Assembly (NCBI GenBank): GCA_028281605.1
Contig: JANQJO010000060.1
Location: 5-64,004 of the forward strand
Length of the DNA stretch: 64,000 nucleotides
Direction: 5' to 3'
From: Pseudomonadales bacterium
Lineage (GTDB): Bacteria > Pseudomonadota > Gammaproteobacteria > Pseudomonadales > JANQJO01
Shown: piece after piece, positions 61,906 to 64,000 of the stretch
Layout: each line of letters opens with the position of its first letter
Numbering within the stretch: the first letter of the stretch is position 1
The notes under the pieces: generated by a model
Seen by the model: the letters and a program-made list of their open reading frames with translations, nothing else
Told to the model about the DNA's origin: nothing
The model's database searches: none
Translations under genes and position numbers: made by a program

Positions 61906-62385
61906 ATTGTTCTTAGACAGAAAAATTCCGTGTTTAAACACAGATTTTTTCCATATAATATTCCAAATCTACAGCCAACAACTCTCTAAAAAAACTTAAA
62001 CCTCAACTAAGTAATGCCAAAACAATATAAGAAATTCGCTCTCTTGTCGTACCTCTTACTTGGACAATATCATCTACTGACTAGCTTTTATATACGGCTC
62101 CGGCCCATGGCTTATAAGAAGCCACTTATTTAAGATACCATGATTTCGACTTATCAACCAACATTGCATTTGTGCTCGAGAAGCCAAAGGATAAAAACAG
62201 TGTAGAGTTACCCTTAGCTCCAGAATTGGGGTCAGCAATCCAAATTCAATGAGCTGTAGTTTAAGATGGGATTGGACAACATCGACTCGTTAGTAAGGGA
62301 ATTACTACGAGCTGTTTGAATCTCCCCTCAAGTCAACAGAGGGTTTGGGCTTGAGATTGTCAAATATTCTGTTTAAAAAATTGAT

Positions 62386-63999
62386 TTAATTACTTTCGCT
62401 CATGCTGTAATCATAGCGCTTCATAGCGCAACGAGCGAGTGCATTGATGGGTTCATCGATGCGGACGTATCCTTGAACTTCCATTGCCATGCCTTGGATA
62501 ATTTCGTCCATTGCATCTAAAAACCGTTCTCGGCCTTGCGCGATGGCACTGTCTAGAAAGGCTTGCCCAGGGTAAAGTTCAGCGATTCTGGCTTGTTCGG
62601 CCTCATCGAAACGATTCGGGTTTTCTGCAACGAATGGCGTTAATTCATCGATCATATACTTCATGCCATCTTTATGGCAATCCATGCAAGAAGCACCATT
62701 GATCAACCTAAGATCGCCTTCTCCTGAAACACGATCATTACACGGTCCTCCCCTAGAAGGGTCGCATACAACAAAAGTAAACGCGTCCAGACGACGTTGA
62801 TTGAAGGCGCCTGCAATATAATAGCCGTCCATACCATTGGGCATTTCAAAAATAATTTCTGCGGCTGAGCCTGGTACTCGAATGGGTTGGCTGAGTTCTT
62901 GATCAAAACCTAAAATAGGATTGGAAAATAGGTTAGGGTTGAGAAAGGCAAAGGCATCCATAGAGCGCCAATATTGTCGGCCGTCTTCGGTTTTGGCTAA
63001 CCAAACAATTCGGTCGTTTTCATTGATTGAAATTTTATTTTTGACGGTAAAGAATTTATAAGAATCAATGCCATCATTTTTGACCACTTTGAGCTGGCTT
63101 TCCAAAGTACTGGCAAAACGAGGCAGTTCCATGATCCTGTTATAGACTCTGGGTCGGCTTATGTTATAAGCTAATTGGCATGCATCAATATAATCGTTAG
63201 AGAGGCCTTTTTGAAAATTACTGCTAACACCTTGACGTATACGTTCCCAGACTTCAGTGGATTCTAGAGTGTTATTCTCCCAATAGTTTCTAATATCGAT
63301 ACGATAAATTAACTTTAAATTTTCAATTGGGGTTGGGTTAACAATTGTTGGTGCGTAACGTGCGACGGCATTTAAGGCTTTGGATAGGCCAATACGATGC
63401 AGCTCCAGTTCCGCTGTGTTGGCGCCTTCGTTATAGGCTTGATGTAAAGAAATATAAGCCGCAAAGGCTTGGTCTTCCAGCGGCAGACTATTACGATTGT
63501 TGATAATTAATTCACCCAGAGTCTCTTCGTTGAAAGGGGCTTCTAATCCAGGTTGCTTGGCCGCGGGTACTTGTGCCGTTTCAGCCCATTGAGCGATAGC
63601 TTGCTGCATTAAAATTGCGCTATCGGCACAATTGAGCCCTTCAAAGCAGTTGTGCCGATCTACTGCAAGTCTGGCGACTAGGCGTGATTGTGTGGGATTT
63701 TGCAAAAATACCAGCTTGTTGGCTAGAGTGTGTGCTAAATTTGAGTCGAGATCCGAGTGTAGAGGCGGGATGCCTTGGGTATCGGAGCTGTGGCAGGCCG
63801 CACAGTTTTCACGTAAAGTTGGGTAAAGAGTTTGTTTGAATGCGGTTAAGGAGGTTTGGCTCGGGTACATGGTATTTTGTCCTGAGCTGACTCGTTCACT
63901 GACTAAGCCGCTTTCAGATGTAGGAAAGCCATTGCTACCACAACCACTCAAAATAATTGTAAATAGGATTGTTATAAGTGATAGAGTTGTTTTAGTCAA
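62386..63999 (-). CDS. putative lipoprotein with two CxxCH haem-binding motifs (c-type cytochrome-like), possibly 5-prime incomplete
   Basis: Lipobox ILSGCGS. CAACH and CMDCH motifs. The ORF starts at a TTG one base before the window end. Confidence 0.6.
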   Translation of the reverse strand: MTKTTLSLITILFTIILSGCGSNGFPTSESGLVSERVSSGQNTMYPSQTSLTAFKQTLYPTLRENCAACHSSDTQGIPPLHSDLDSNLAHTLANKLVFLQNPTQSRLVARLAVDRHNCFEGLNCADSAILMQQAIAQWAETAQVPAAKQPGLEAPFNEETLGELIINNRNSLPLEDQAFAAYISLHQAYNEGANTAELELHRIGLSKALNAVARYAPTIVNPTPIENLKLIYRIDIRNYWENNTLESTEVWERIRQGVSSNFQKGLSNDYIDACQLAYNISRPRVYNRIMELPRFASTLESQLKVVKNDGIDSYKFFTVKNKISINENDRIVWLAKTEDGRQYWRSMDAFAFLNPNLFSNPILGFDQELSQPIRVPGSAAEIIFEMPNGMDGYYIAGAFNQRRLDAFTFVVCDPSRGGPCNDRVSGEGDLRLINGASCMDCHKDGMKYMIDELTPFVAENPNRFDEAEQARIAELYPGQAFLDSAIAQGRERFLDAMDEIIQGMAMEVQGYVRIDEPINALARCAMKRYDYSMSESN

Positions 64000-64000
64000 T

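Overview
This is a 64-kb chromosomal window from a Gram-negative genome with gammaproteobacterial-type gene order. The backbone is roughly 42-47% GC by eye and carries several AT-rich islands.

Core part (1-50 kb):
- proS converging on and overlapping the RNase P RNA gene, then a GT9 glycosyltransferase, cysI plus DUF934, and selO.
- A PEP-CTERM-type exopolysaccharide export cluster: TPR lipoprotein, Wza-like exporter, OM barrel, chain-length determinant, tyrosine-kinase-like ATPase, wecC, wecB.
- The conserved envelope cluster uppS-cdsA-[inserted AT-rich 643-aa ORF]-dxr-rseP-bamA-skp-lpxD-fabZ-lpxA-lpxB, with a VapBC-type TA module wedged after lpxB.
- A nhaR regulator next to a P-type ATPase, Mrp-type antiporter and usp operon.

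Accessory part (about 50.4-62 kb):
- A eukaryote-like tubulin-tyrosine-ligase (TTL) ATP-grasp gene plus an ICMT-family membrane methyltransferase.
- What I read as an integron gene-cassette array with no integrase in the window: 9 attC-like sites plus 2 bare core junctions, about 11 cassettes.
- The cassettes carry many toxin-antitoxin modules (at least four toxin-side genes (three toxins and a bacteriocin-like peptide) are frameshifted or truncated while their partner genes are intact), a Tse2/Tsi2-like toxin-immunity pair, and a glycine-rich bacteriocin-like peptide with a small membrane protein.
- They also carry a solitary TIR-like (Cap12/Pycsar-effector type) protein, a methyltransferase-PIN-small protein trio, and an uncharacterised 354-aa protein.

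The best candidates for undescribed biology are the cassettes at 57.9-61.9 kb, as possible anti-phage defence genes, and the TTL/ICMT pair. A 101-bp hairpin repeat family (3 copies) with compensatory arm changes is also notable.

All domain calls come from motif recognition by eye and from memory. No database search or structure prediction was run, and several start codons were re-chosen relative to the ORF track.
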